A stretch of DNA of 64,000 nt from Acidobacteriota bacterium (GTDB lineage: Bacteria > Acidobacteriota > UBA6911 > RPQK01 > JAJDTT01): NCBI GenBank assembly GCA_965263035.1, contig OZ253580.1, forward strand, positions 608,001 to 672,000, given 5' to 3'. A program made the translations under genes and the position numbers. Under the pieces are notes generated by a model that worked only from the letters and a program-made list of their open reading frames with translations, did no database searches and was not told the origin of the DNA. The number at the start of each line of letters is the position of its first letter. Within the stretch, counting starts at the first letter, position 1. Positions 41,179-50,698 of the stretch are shown here, one piece after another.

Positions 41179-41421
41179 TCAACTGAAATTGGGAGGCTCG
41201 CGCATTGGTTCGCGCGGCGGCAGTTCGAGGTCCACGCCGCCGAAGGGCGCGAAGCATTCTCCGATTAAACTGGCCAGATTCTCCGGTTTGGCTTCCCGGC
41301 TGACCGCCTCGTGCAGTATGACCCTTGCCTCCTCTTCCATCGATCGACCGTTGGAGGCTGCGCGAACCCGAAGTCGGGACTTCACATCGTCGTCCAGATT
41401 GCGGATCGTGATACTTGCCAT
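41179..41421 (-). CDS. FitA/StbC-like ribbon-helix-helix antitoxin
   Basis: MASITIRNLDDDVKSRLRVRAASNGRSMEEEAR. Confidence 0.88.
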   Translation of the reverse strand: MASITIRNLDDDVKSRLRVRAASNGRSMEEEARVILHEAVSREAKPENLASLIGECFAPFGGVDLELPPREPMREPPNFS

Positions 41422-41590
41422 TGTGCCGTCTCCCCGCATGGAAGTAGCGTACGCTCAAGGGACCGAGGGTAGCATCGTGGGCTGAATGACGCACCGAGAT
41501 CCACTACGGGATTTTCGACTTGCCCGGGCGAGGGCGCCCAGACCTCCCTATCGAACAGATGGTCCTTCCATGTCGTCGCTGTCATGGCCT

Positions 41591-42760
41591 TCAGGTCAAC
41601 GCGTCGAGAGCATCCAGGAGCCGAAGGATCTCCTCCTGAGTGTTGAAGGCAGCGACGGAAACTCGCAGCGACGGCCGCTCCGGCTGGTACTTGACCACGA
41701 TCCCCTGATCCAGGAGATCGTCTATGAGTCTCCGCAAACCGATTTCTTCCAGCTCTTGGAACTCCAGCGCCACGAGACCCGAGGCGAGCCCCGGCTTGGT
41801 GGGAGTGACGATCCGGATCCCGGGCCGGGCCTTCAGTTCATCGAAAAGAAACTGGACCAGTTCCTGTACGTACAGCTCGATCCGGTCGGGACCCAGTGCA
41901 TCCATGATCTCCAGCGCTCGGCCCAGCCCGATCCGCAGGGCATAGTTGTGGGTTCCCAATTCGGAGCGCAATGCGGCCGTGACTGGCGGAGGGGGATCCT
42001 CCGGCTTCAACCAGGCGCTGGAATCGGGGATGAAGTCGGGGCGAAACTCGGTGAGCCAATCCGGAGCCACCCAGAGAAACCCGACTCCCAGGGGTCCGAG
42101 CAGCCACTTGTGACCCGAGGCGATGTAGTAGTCGCAATCCAGGGCCGGAATCTCCACCGGAAACTGTCCCGCTGCCTGGGCACCGTCCAGCATCAGGGGA
42201 ACCCCTCTCGAACGGGCCAATCCCGCCGCTTCTCGGGCGGGCAGCCTCCGGCCGTCGAGGGTGGAAACCTGGCTGAGACAGACCAGCCGCACCGGACCTT
42301 CCAGCGCCGCCTCCAAACCGCTGAGGAGAGCGTCGTCCCCGAATTCCGCCGGGAAGGTTTTGACCACCACTCCCCGATGACGCTCCAGCGCCCGGCAGGC
42401 GTCTTGTGTGCTCACGTGCTCGGCCGAGGAGACGACGATTTCGTCTCCGGCCCGCCAGTCCACGCTGCGCAGGACGCGTTGCATGGCCTGGCTGGTGTTG
42501 GAGGTCCAGGCCAGATGCTCCGGCAGAACCCCCAGGATTTCGGCCAGTTGCGTACGGACCCGTCGCTCCTGATCGAGCAAAATACCGGTCACCCGCGGCG
42601 AGGCCGACCCGTGACGGCTCTGAAATGCCATCGTCTCGGCGACCACCTTGAGCACCGAATCGGGGGTCGGTCCGTAGGAGCCGGTCTGGAAATAGGCCAG
42701 CCGCCGGGTCAGGGGCAGATCTTCACGGAGTTGTCGGAAGCTCAGGGGGGCTTGGGTCAC
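41591..42760 (-). CDS. aminotransferase class V, PLP-dependent (copy 1, intact)
   Basis: AEHVS, LDGAQAAG, SGHKWLLGP, LRVS. Confidence 0.88.
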   Translation of the reverse strand: MTQAPLSFRQLREDLPLTRRLAYFQTGSYGPTPDSVLKVVAETMAFQSRHGSASPRVTGILLDQERRVRTQLAEILGVLPEHLAWTSNTSQAMQRVLRSVDWRAGDEIVVSSAEHVSTQDACRALERHRGVVVKTFPAEFGDDALLSGLEAALEGPVRLVCLSQVSTLDGRRLPAREAAGLARSRGVPLMLDGAQAAGQFPVEIPALDCDYYIASGHKWLLGPLGVGFLWVAPDWLTEFRPDFIPDSSAWLKPEDPPPPVTAALRSELGTHNYALRIGLGRALEIMDALGPDRIELYVQELVQFLFDELKARPGIRIVTPTKPGLASGLVALEFQELEEIGLRRLIDDLLDQGIVVKYQPERPSLRVSVAAFNTQEEILRLLDALDALT

Positions 42761-43899
42761 GCCGTTTCGACCCCGTCACCGCCTCGCGCCAGCGTGCGGA
42801 CCGCACCCCAGAGATTGAGACGCTCGATGCTGTCGGCCCGGTAGACGCCCACCTCGTCGGCCCCAGCCGCCAAGGCGGCATCAGCACCCTGCCGGAGCAG
42901 ATCCGGAGTCACCAGCTTGGGAGGTCCCCAGCAGACCAGTTGGGCCACCAGGGGGACCCGACCGGCGACGGCCCGGGCAGCCGCGCGCGTGTCCTCGATG
43001 ATGTGAGCCAGATTCCCGGTGAGGTGCCGGATGTGGATCTCGTCCACCAAGCCCTCACGGACCCACGTCGGCCAGTCCTGAAGACGCTTCCAGGTCGTCT
43101 CGGGATTGGATGCCACCGCCACCGTCAAGAACACTTTCCGCTCCAGGGCATCCAGCTGCCGCTTAAGCTCCCGCACGAAGCGGGTGACGTACCCGGCCCG
43201 GAACAGCGTCCACTCCCGATCATGATTGGGTCCGGCCATGGGGTCCCGGCCCGTCTCCCGGCGGTAGTCCTCGACGATGGCCCTCTCGTAGCCGTAGACC
43301 ATCACCCCGTGATCGTCCACCTGCCCGGGAACCGATTCGATCTGGAATTCCAGTTGGACACCGTCCACGGCGTAGTCCCGGGCCATTTCCAGAAACGGTC
43401 GCTGCTCGTGGAGGCGAGCCTCACGCGTCCCGTAACTGAGGACCACCGACCCCGAAACGTCGAAGCAGGTCTTTCCGTCCCGCCGCCTCATCCAGAGTTC
43501 GGGGTGATCGTTTGCGAACCGGGTCAGGCGCCATTCGGGCAGCCGGGTTCCGCTCTGGTAGTCGATGCCGGTCATTCCGGTGTAACCGACGGCGTTGTAG
43601 GGATGGACCTCGATTCTTCGCCGATGGGCCTCCTCCACCAGGAACGAGAGGGGGTCCCAGCCGTGAACGGAGTAGAAGCCGGGCACCACGGCGAGGATGT
43701 CTGCCGGATCGTGTCCTCCGCGGCCGTGTTCAAAGCGAAGGCACATCTCCCGGTCTGGGGTATAGCCGGGTATGAAACGGCTCACTCCGGCTTCGCCGCA
43801 TTGGTCCAGAAAGTCGCAGACCATTTCCCGGTTTCCCTCAGTGGGAAATACGCCGTTGTATCCTCCGATCCCTCCCCAGATAGTCAACCGTCTCGACAT
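42757..43899 (-). CDS. GHL10 (family 10 glycosyl hydrolase-like) TIM-barrel protein (copy 1, intact)
   Basis: WDPLSFLVEEAHRRRIEVHPY, YAVDGVQLE, QDWPTWVREGLVD. Confidence 0.72.
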   Translation of the reverse strand: MSRRLTIWGGIGGYNGVFPTEGNREMVCDFLDQCGEAGVSRFIPGYTPDREMCLRFEHGRGGHDPADILAVVPGFYSVHGWDPLSFLVEEAHRRRIEVHPYNAVGYTGMTGIDYQSGTRLPEWRLTRFANDHPELWMRRRDGKTCFDVSGSVVLSYGTREARLHEQRPFLEMARDYAVDGVQLEFQIESVPGQVDDHGVMVYGYERAIVEDYRRETGRDPMAGPNHDREWTLFRAGYVTRFVRELKRQLDALERKVFLTVAVASNPETTWKRLQDWPTWVREGLVDEIHIRHLTGNLAHIIEDTRAAARAVAGRVPLVAQLVCWGPPKLVTPDLLRQGADAALAAGADEVGVYRADSIERLNLWGAVRTLARGGDGVETA

Positions 43900-43959
43900 G
43901 GATCATTCTCCTGATCACCGGGCGTAACGCACCTTGAAGCCTTCGTCAGAAGGAACGAT

Positions 43960-45096
43960 TCGAGCAACTGCCCGCCGGGACAGTGAAAGCCGTCCCGCTC
44001 CTCGTCGTAACCAAAGGCCGCCTTCACCAGGCGACGGTCACTCTCGTCCAGGCCTCCCTTCCCTTGCTTCTCTCCACGGTCCGTCGCGATGTACGCTTCC
44101 AGCTGACGATCCGACGCCTCCTGCAGGTTGTTCCCCGAATAGTAGCCGTTGTCCAGGCTCAGCTTCTCCGGCAACCGACCGCTCGTCTCCTCCATCTCAT
44201 CCAAGGCTGGAGCCACTTCCTGGGCATCGTTCGCCTGCTGGCTCACGTGCTGACCCACGATCACCTGCGACTTGCCGTCCACGCTGATCTGTGCGTTGTA
44301 CGCGTACTCGAAGTCCCCTTTTTGCTTCATGATCCGCGCCTCGGGGTCCGCAAAGCTGATCTGCTTCTTGTCCTCGATCTTCTGACCCGGTCGAAGCTCC
44401 TGCTCCCGCGCTTCCAGCGCCTGCTTCATCTCCCGAACCTTCTTCAACCGCTGCTTCTTGTCGCGCAGGTCATCGGGCAGCTCATACCCGGTCCGCTCCT
44501 GGTAGACCCGATCCTCTTCCTCGTCGCAGCGGTCCGCCTGCCGGGTCAAGGCTTCGATCTCCTCGCACAATTCCTGCTCCTTCTCCTTCAGCCGTCCGTA
44601 GCTCATCGCCTTGTGCTTCGAGCTGTTCGCCTTGAACTTGGAGCCGTCCAGACTGACGTGTCCCAAACTCACCAGCCCCAGCCCCAGCCCCAGCCCCAGC
44701 GCCAGCGCCAACTGCACCGTCTGTTTGAAGCAAGCTCGGAAGAATTCCCCGCGGTCCTTCCGGAAATCACTCAACACCCGGAAGTTCGGGCAGTTCCTCC
44801 CCGCCAGGTACATGAAGCCGAGATCTTCCCGGCAGCGCTGCTCGATCTGCCGCGAGCTGAACACGCCGTGACTGTAGGCGTAGATCAGGATCGAAACGAT
44901 CTGGCGCGGCGCGTAGGCCCGCTGACCCCGGTGGCTGTACCGCGCCTCCACTTCCGACGTGTCCAGTGGCTCGAACAGTTCCTGATAGAGGAAACATTCG
45001 TGATCTTCCGGCAAGAGGTCGAACACGTTGGTCGCAAACAACTGACTCTGGCAATAGTCTTTTCGATAGGGCTTGAATCGGGGCGCCCTCCGACAT
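43960..45096 (-). pseudogene. IS1182-family transposase, C-terminus missing
   Basis: YAYSHGVFSSRQIE, PNFRVLSDFRK, LDGSKFKAN, DPEARIMK, YNAQISVD, DNGYYS; homology stops at CPGGQLL; ATG at 45096 appears out of frame with PRFKPY. Confidence 0.85.
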
Positions 45097-45553
45097 TCTC
45101 CTGATGATCTGTTCCCCGTATTCTAGGGAGTATCCATGTTGCAAGTGGTGGGTGCTAATCGGTGTTTCCATCCCGTGTCGTTAGTACGTGATCTGTCCGG
45201 TCCAAGAGGCACAGGGTTAGGAGGAGCGTTCTTCCGCCAGAGGTGAGGCGGAGATCGAGCTGGATCCAGCGGGCGCCGTGGAGGGGGCGATGAGTGGACG
45301 GATCAACTGGATCGAGGGGCCTGAGATCGTCGACGTCAGTCCTCCGGGAGGTCCGGATACGCCCTGGGGAGCGCCGGGTCAAGCCTCCGGCTCCTCCGCT
45401 TCGCCGCGGCCCTTCGGGTGACCCGGCGCTCCCCAGGGCGTGAAGAGCTTTCATGGCCGTAAGCAAGCTTCCGGCCAGACCTGACCGGAAGTTCGACAGA
45501 CGGCCATCAGGGGGTCCACACGCTCCCTTTCCTCACGGGGTCTCTCCGTGGCC

Positions 45554-46503
45554 TCAGAAGGTCGCTCGGGGCGCTACGGGCAACCAGGTGCGGTCCTGCC
45601 GGACGAGGGTGTTGGCCAGGACGATGAGCTTGCGCATGACGGCGACGAGGGCCACCTTGCCGGGCTTGCCGCGCTCTCTCAGCCTCCGGTATACACCTCG
45701 GCCAAGTCGGGGTTCCAGCGCAGGGCGGACACGGCCGGCATGTACAGGAGCCGTCGCGCCCGCGCCCGTCCGCCCCGGATGAAGGCCCGGCCCTGCCAAG
45801 TCCCGGACTCGCGGGGAACGGCGGCCAACCCGGCCAGACTGGCGGCGGCCTTGCCGCTGAGGGCGCCCAGCTCGGGCATCTCGGCCAGCAGACCGGCGGC
45901 GGTGGTGGCCGCGATCCCGGGAATGGAGGTGAGGATCTCCAACTTGCGGGCCCGCGCCTCGTCGGCCGCAATCAGCTGCTGCATTTTGCGGTCGATGGCG
46001 CGCAGGTGGCGCTCGAACAAGTTGATCTGGGTCTGGTTCTGCTGTTTGAGAAAGGGTTCGCGGAGCTGTTGGCGGCGGTTGAGCAGGGCCGTGCGCTGGC
46101 GGATCAGCGCGTCCCGGGCCGTCTGCAGTTCCTGGAGCCGGCGTTGCGTTTGGGACGGGGCCGGGGTCCGGCGCGGATCCAGGCTGGCGGCCATCTGGGC
46201 CAGTTTCCGAGCGTCTACGGCGTCGATCTTGGCACGGCTCCCGGTCGCCCGGGCGAAACACCGGGCCTGCCAGGGGTTCACCTTGGCCAACGGTAGCTTC
46301 GCTTTGGACAGTGCTTCCTCGAGGTCCCGGTGGTAGGGGCCGGTGGCCTCGTAGGCGACGCACTCGACCGGAGTTCCGATCCAATCGATCAGCGCCCGGA
46401 AGCCGGCCGGGTCATTGTCGAACTGGGCGGAATGGCCGTCGGCCAGCCGGTGCGCGTCCAGGTGCGCTTTCGAGATGTCGATGCCTACGGTATGCTGTTT
46501 CAT
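45554..46503 (-). pseudogene. IS110 recombinase/transposase, frameshifted near 45690
   Basis: GIDISK, YEATG, AKIDAVDA (DEDD), SIPGIA, ESG; tail ALVAVMRKL in another frame; GTGTATACCGG vs expected GTGTACCGG. Confidence 0.88.
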
Positions 46504-46675
46504 CTTTCCTGTCTCCTGTGCTTGTCATTCGGGCCTTGATGCCCTCGTATCCATTCAGGACATCGGGAAAGACGGTGGCCGACCTCACTCCCAAACGGTT
46601 CCTAACAGTCCGCGTCGGTACGGTCCAGCCACCGCCGTCCGGGTCGCTCATGAGCGACCCGGACGGGCCTATTTA
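46504..46675 (-). ncRNA. IS110 bridge RNA (predicted)
   Basis: 5' hairpin 46635-46666, then target guides ACCGACGC and GGGAG, then donor guides ATGGATAC and GACAAG, all matching the element junctions; RNA ends approximate. Confidence 0.82.
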
Positions 46676-46717
46676 AACAGACAAGCGTCGGTGACGGCTC
46701 CATTCTCGGACAGGCTC

Positions 46718-47629
46718 CTAGACAGTACTGATGTGAGGATTTTTCCCTCGCTTGTTCCCCTGGCAGATCGCCTCGATAGCGTCTGTACGCCAACATAGGC
46801 CCAGCGCTGCTTCGCTTGCGTTTGCCCCGGCGCGGCCGCTGTAACAGCCGACAAACTGCGTGCCTTGGCTCCCCCAAAGTGCTAAGTCTTTCCTTTTCCA
46901 AAACCCTGGTTCGTTTGGGTCGACTTCCCGGTAAGGATGTTGCATATCCCACGCACCATGATAGCGAGCAAACACGGGAGACCCCGACATGCCAGCTCGT
47001 GTCAGTGTGTCTATGAAGAACGCCGGTATGCGGCGGCCGCCTTTGAGCCCACCGTAACCCGACAACCTGCCGCCAAGTGTGACATTGAAATGCGGCTCCG
47101 AAGCGATATACCCAGACTTCCATAACGGCAGCCCGAAGCCAACGCTGAGCGAGCGCGGAAAGCCGATCACGAAGACAGTAGATCCAGGCACCATGGGTAT
47201 ATTGTCCTTGCTTATGAGATTTGCCGCATTGTGCATGAAATCTGGACATGAAGCCGGTCTTGCCATGGGGATGGCAACCACATCACATAATGCGCTGAGT
47301 TCCGGATGTTCAAACCACACTGGCTGTTCTCCGCGATAGAGTCGTATGGGGTACGGTGCGATTCCAAACGTGCCGCGTTGTCGGTCACCAACTGCGTACG
47401 AGGACAATTTGGCCGCCAGACTAAAAGGCTCAATGAACGGGTGGACCAACGGTTGGCGGGTCAGAAAGTGACGACCGCTGACGACGTGCCAATTGGTGAT
47501 GATGAACCACCTGCTGTCCATTTCGAAGAAAAAGGCGCTGGCAGCGGAAAGGACAGTCCCATCTTGACCGCATATCAGCAGCTGAAATGGGCATTGGGAA
47601 AAGGTGCTCCTGATACCATGCTCTGGCAC
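46718..47629 (-). CDS. trypsin-like serine protease domain protein
   Basis: ITNWHVV, CDVVAI, VFVIGFP, GMSGSPV triad motifs. Confidence 0.75.
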   Translation of the reverse strand: MPEHGIRSTFSQCPFQLLICGQDGTVLSAASAFFFEMDSRWFIITNWHVVSGRHFLTRQPLVHPFIEPFSLAAKLSSYAVGDRQRGTFGIAPYPIRLYRGEQPVWFEHPELSALCDVVAIPMARPASCPDFMHNAANLISKDNIPMVPGSTVFVIGFPRSLSVGFGLPLWKSGYIASEPHFNVTLGGRLSGYGGLKGGRRIPAFFIDTLTRAGMSGSPVFARYHGAWDMQHPYREVDPNEPGFWKRKDLALWGSQGTQFVGCYSGRAGANASEAALGLCWRTDAIEAICQGNKRGKNPHISTV

Positions 47630-47928
47630 GAGTTGTACGACCTCCGCTAGCAGCGTTCATCCATAAGTCTAACGTAAGCTGGGCTACATTGTGCTTAGAT
47701 TTACCTTGATGGGTTTCCGAATTCTAGGGAACTGAGGAGAATCTAATCGAGGCATCTGTTCGGATGACCGTTTGTGAAGCGCCTACTCACCGAGTATGAA
47801 ACCCTTGAGGACGATGCGGGCCGATCTGAAGTGTACTCGGAGAACTGCAACCAGAGGCGGATGCACTGCAGCCGATTGCTAGACTGTCGAAATCATGCGA
47901 TCATCGGAGATTCGAAAAGGAGACGACG

Positions 47929-48201
47929 ATGGAGTTCGAGGAGCTTTCCAAGAAATTGAGTGATACCTACTCTTTGGGTTACGGGGATCGGGACAAGGCG
48001 CTCGGAGACTTTGGTCGGAAGTACAGTGGCGATCTAGTGGCCATGGAGGAGCAGAACCATACGATAGAGGACATTCTGGAGGCGGCACATATAGGGTCTC
48101 CGGTGTACTGGGCGAAGGCAATTAGACAGGGCATGGATGTCCAGGACCGTTTGCGAATCCTTGAACATCGCGTAGGAGAAATGAATCGGGAGAGCGGTTG
48201 A
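47929..48201 (+). CDS. small hypothetical protein (HTH-like)
   Basis: AGGAG RBS; FGRKY..I..ILEAA pattern recalls small HTH-like proteins of restriction islands. Confidence 0.55.
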   Translation: MEFEELSKKLSDTYSLGYGDRDKALGDFGRKYSGDLVAMEEQNHTIEDILEAAHIGSPVYWAKAIRQGMDVQDRLRILEHRVGEMNRESG

Positions 48202-48228
48202 CGGTCTCCACAATAGGTTTTTGCCTAG

Positions 48229-48337
48229 GAGGCTGTCCGAGAACTCGAAAAATCACGGTCCCGAAAAAACTATCCCCTTATAATTCAATAACTTAAAGAT
48301 ATCGATTTGGACAAAAACCGAATCCTCGGACAGCCTC
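48229..48337. mobile_element. 109-bp MITE, copy A
   Basis: TIR GAGGCTGTCCGAG / CTCGGACAGCCTC; CTAG at 48225-48228 and 48338-48341; AT-rich core. Confidence 0.9.
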
Positions 48338-49205
48338 CTAGTGCGAACATGATCGCCAGCGCTCGGCCCAAACCGATCCGGAGGGCGTAGTTGTGGGTCC
48401 CCAGTTCGGAACGCAAGGCGGCCGTGACCGGCGGTGGAGGATCTCCGGGTTTCAACCAGGTGCTGGCATCGGGGATGTAGTCGGGGCGAAACCCGGCGAG
48501 CCGATCCGGCGACACCCAGAGAAACCCGACTCCCAGGGGTCCGAGCAGCCACTTGTGACCCGAGGCGATGTAGTAGTCGCAACCGAGGGCCGGAATCTCC
48601 ACCGGATACTGCCCGACGGCCTGGGCCCCGTCCAGCATCAAGGGAACTCCCCTTTCCCGGGCCAAGCGCGCCGCTTCCCGGGCGGGCAGCCTCCGGCCGT
48701 CGAGGTTGGAAACTTGGCTGAGACAGACCATCCGTGCCCGACCCTTCAGCATCGTCTCCAGGCCGCTGAGCAGAGCGTCGTCCCCTTCTTCCGCCGCGAA
48801 GGTCCAGATCACCACCCCCCGGTGCCGCTCCAGCGCCCGGCAGGCGTCCTGTGTGCTGACGTGCTCGGCCGAGGAGACCAGGATCTCGTCTCCGGGCTGC
48901 CAGTCGACGCTCCGCAGGACCCGCTGCATGGCCTGGCTGGTGTTGGAAGTCCAGGCCAGTTGCTCCGGCTGGGTTCCAAGGAAGTCGGCCAGTTGATGCC
49001 GGACCCGATGCTCCTGATCCAGCAGCACGCCCGTCATCCGCGGAGAGGCCGACCCGTAGCGGCTTTGATAGGCCATCCTCTCGGCGACCACCTTCAGCAC
49101 CGAATCGGGAGTCGGCCCGTAGGAGCCGGTCTGGAAATAGGACAGCCTCCGAATCAGGGGCAGATCTTCGCGGAGTTGGCGGAAGCTTATGGAGGCTAGT
49201 GTCAC
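48338..49205 (-). pseudogene. aminotransferase class V (copy 2), truncated at MITE
   Basis: Close paralog of 41591-42760 up to GRALAIMFALG, then MITE; last ~80 aa absent. Confidence 0.88.
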
Positions 49206-50347
49206 TCCGTTTCCACCCCGGTGTCGCCACCGCGAGCCAAGGCGCCGACCGCGCTCCACAGATTCAGCCGCTCGATGCTGTCGGCGCGATAGACACCCGC
49301 CTCGTCGGCGCCGGCAGCCAGGGCGGCATCAGCTCCCTGCCGGAGCAGATCCGGAGTCACCAGCTTGGGCGGTCCCCAGCAGACCAGTTGGGCCACAAGG
49401 GGGACCCGGCCGGCGACGGCCCGGGCAGCCATCCGCGTGTCCTCGAAGATGTGGGCCAGATTCCCGGTGAGATGACGGATGTGAATCTCGTCCACCAGAC
49501 CCTCCCGGACCCAGGCCGGCCAGTCCTGAAGGCGCTTCCAGGCCGTCTCCGGATTGGATGCCACCGCCACCGTCAAGGAAACTTTCCGCTGCAGGGCATC
49601 CAGCTGCCGCCTCAGCTCCCGCACAAAGCGGGTGACGTATACGGCCCGGAACAGCGTCCACTCCTGATCATGATTGGGTACCGCCATGGGGTCCCGGCCC
49701 GTCTCCCGGCGGTAGCCCTCGACGATGGCCGTCTCGTAACCGTAGACCATCACCCCATGATCGTCCACCTGCCCGGGAACCGATTCGATCTGAAATTCCA
49801 GTTGGACGCCGTCCACGTCGTAGTCCCGGGCCATCCGCAGAAACGGCCGCTGCTCGTGGAGGCGAGCGTCGCGTGTCCCGTAGCTGAGGACCACCGACCC
49901 CGAAACGTCGAACGACGTCATGCCGTCTTGGCGCCGCATCCAGAGCTCGGGGTGATCGTTTGCGAACCGGGTCAGGCGCCATTCGGGCAGCCGGGTGCCG
50001 CTCTGTTAGTCGATGCCGGTCATTCCCGTGTAACCCACGGCGTTGTAGGGATGGATCTCGATCCCTCTTCGATGAGCCTCCTCCACCAGAAACGAGAGGG
50101 GGTCCCAGTCGTGAACGGAGTAGAAGCCGGGCACCACGGCGAGAACGTCCGTCGGATCGTGTCCGCCGCGGCCGTGGTCAAAAAGAAAGCACATCTCCCG
50201 GCCCGGGGTATAGCCGGGAATGAAACGGCTGACTCCGGCTCCGGCGCACCGATCCAGAAAGTCGCAGACCATCTCCCGGTTCCCTTCCGTGGGAAACACG
50301 CCGTTGTTTCCTCCGATGCCACCCCAGATGGTGAGCCGTCTCGACAT
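49202..50347 (-). pseudogene. GHL10-like protein (copy 2), nonsense mutation
   Basis: Close paralog of 42757-43899; TAC to TAA at 50006-50008 (GIDY to GID*). Confidence 0.88.
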
Positions 50348-50628
50348 GGGCCTGTCTCCTGATCACCGAGCGGTCAGACGCTGGAAATCCCGGTTACGGC
50401 GACCGATTCGCATGAGGCGAGCCATGATGACAGCCGACAACAGACTCTGCCAGAGACGGTCTGGAAACTGCGGTCGTCCGGGCCAGCTATATTCGCAGGA
50501 TCGTACCGTGCCACGGATAATTGGCGGAAAGTGGCCCTGGGACTGGCATGGATAGCAGTTCGCAAATCCAGCATTCGTACGACACCAAGAGGAGAAGCGA
50601 ATTTCAAATCATAGGCATTTACAAGTAG

Positions 50629-50691
50629 GCCGGCAAACTTGCCGGCTAATCGAACACGTATTGAATTTGCACCAATTTAGTCTGGTAGAAT
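50629..50691 (+). promoter_or_regulatory. putative BREX promoter with operator-like inverted repeat
   Basis: GCCGGCAA-AC-TTGCCGGC (50629-50646); extended -10 TGgTAGAAT (50683-50691) 7 nt before ATG. Confidence 0.45.
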
Positions 50692-50698
50692 CTTTCCA

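Larger units (their letters stand above)
45129..46685 (-). mobile_element. IS110-family element with CT core at both junctions
   Basis: Minus-strand junctions ACCGACG-CT-TGTCTG and ATGGATA-CT-CCCTAG; ends independently confirmed by guide matches in the 5' non-coding end. Confidence 0.88.
43960..46717 (-). mobile_element. IS1182-family element, 3'-truncated, interrupted by IS110
   Basis: Transposase remnant; terminal repeat GAGCCTGTCCGAGAA (46717-46703) next to CTAG; second end not found; lower boundary approximate. Confidence 0.72.

Noticed and set aside
46718-48341. Composite transposon carrying the protease and HTH genes
   Set aside because: The 46703-46717 repeat closes an element lying to its left, so it does not face the cargo.
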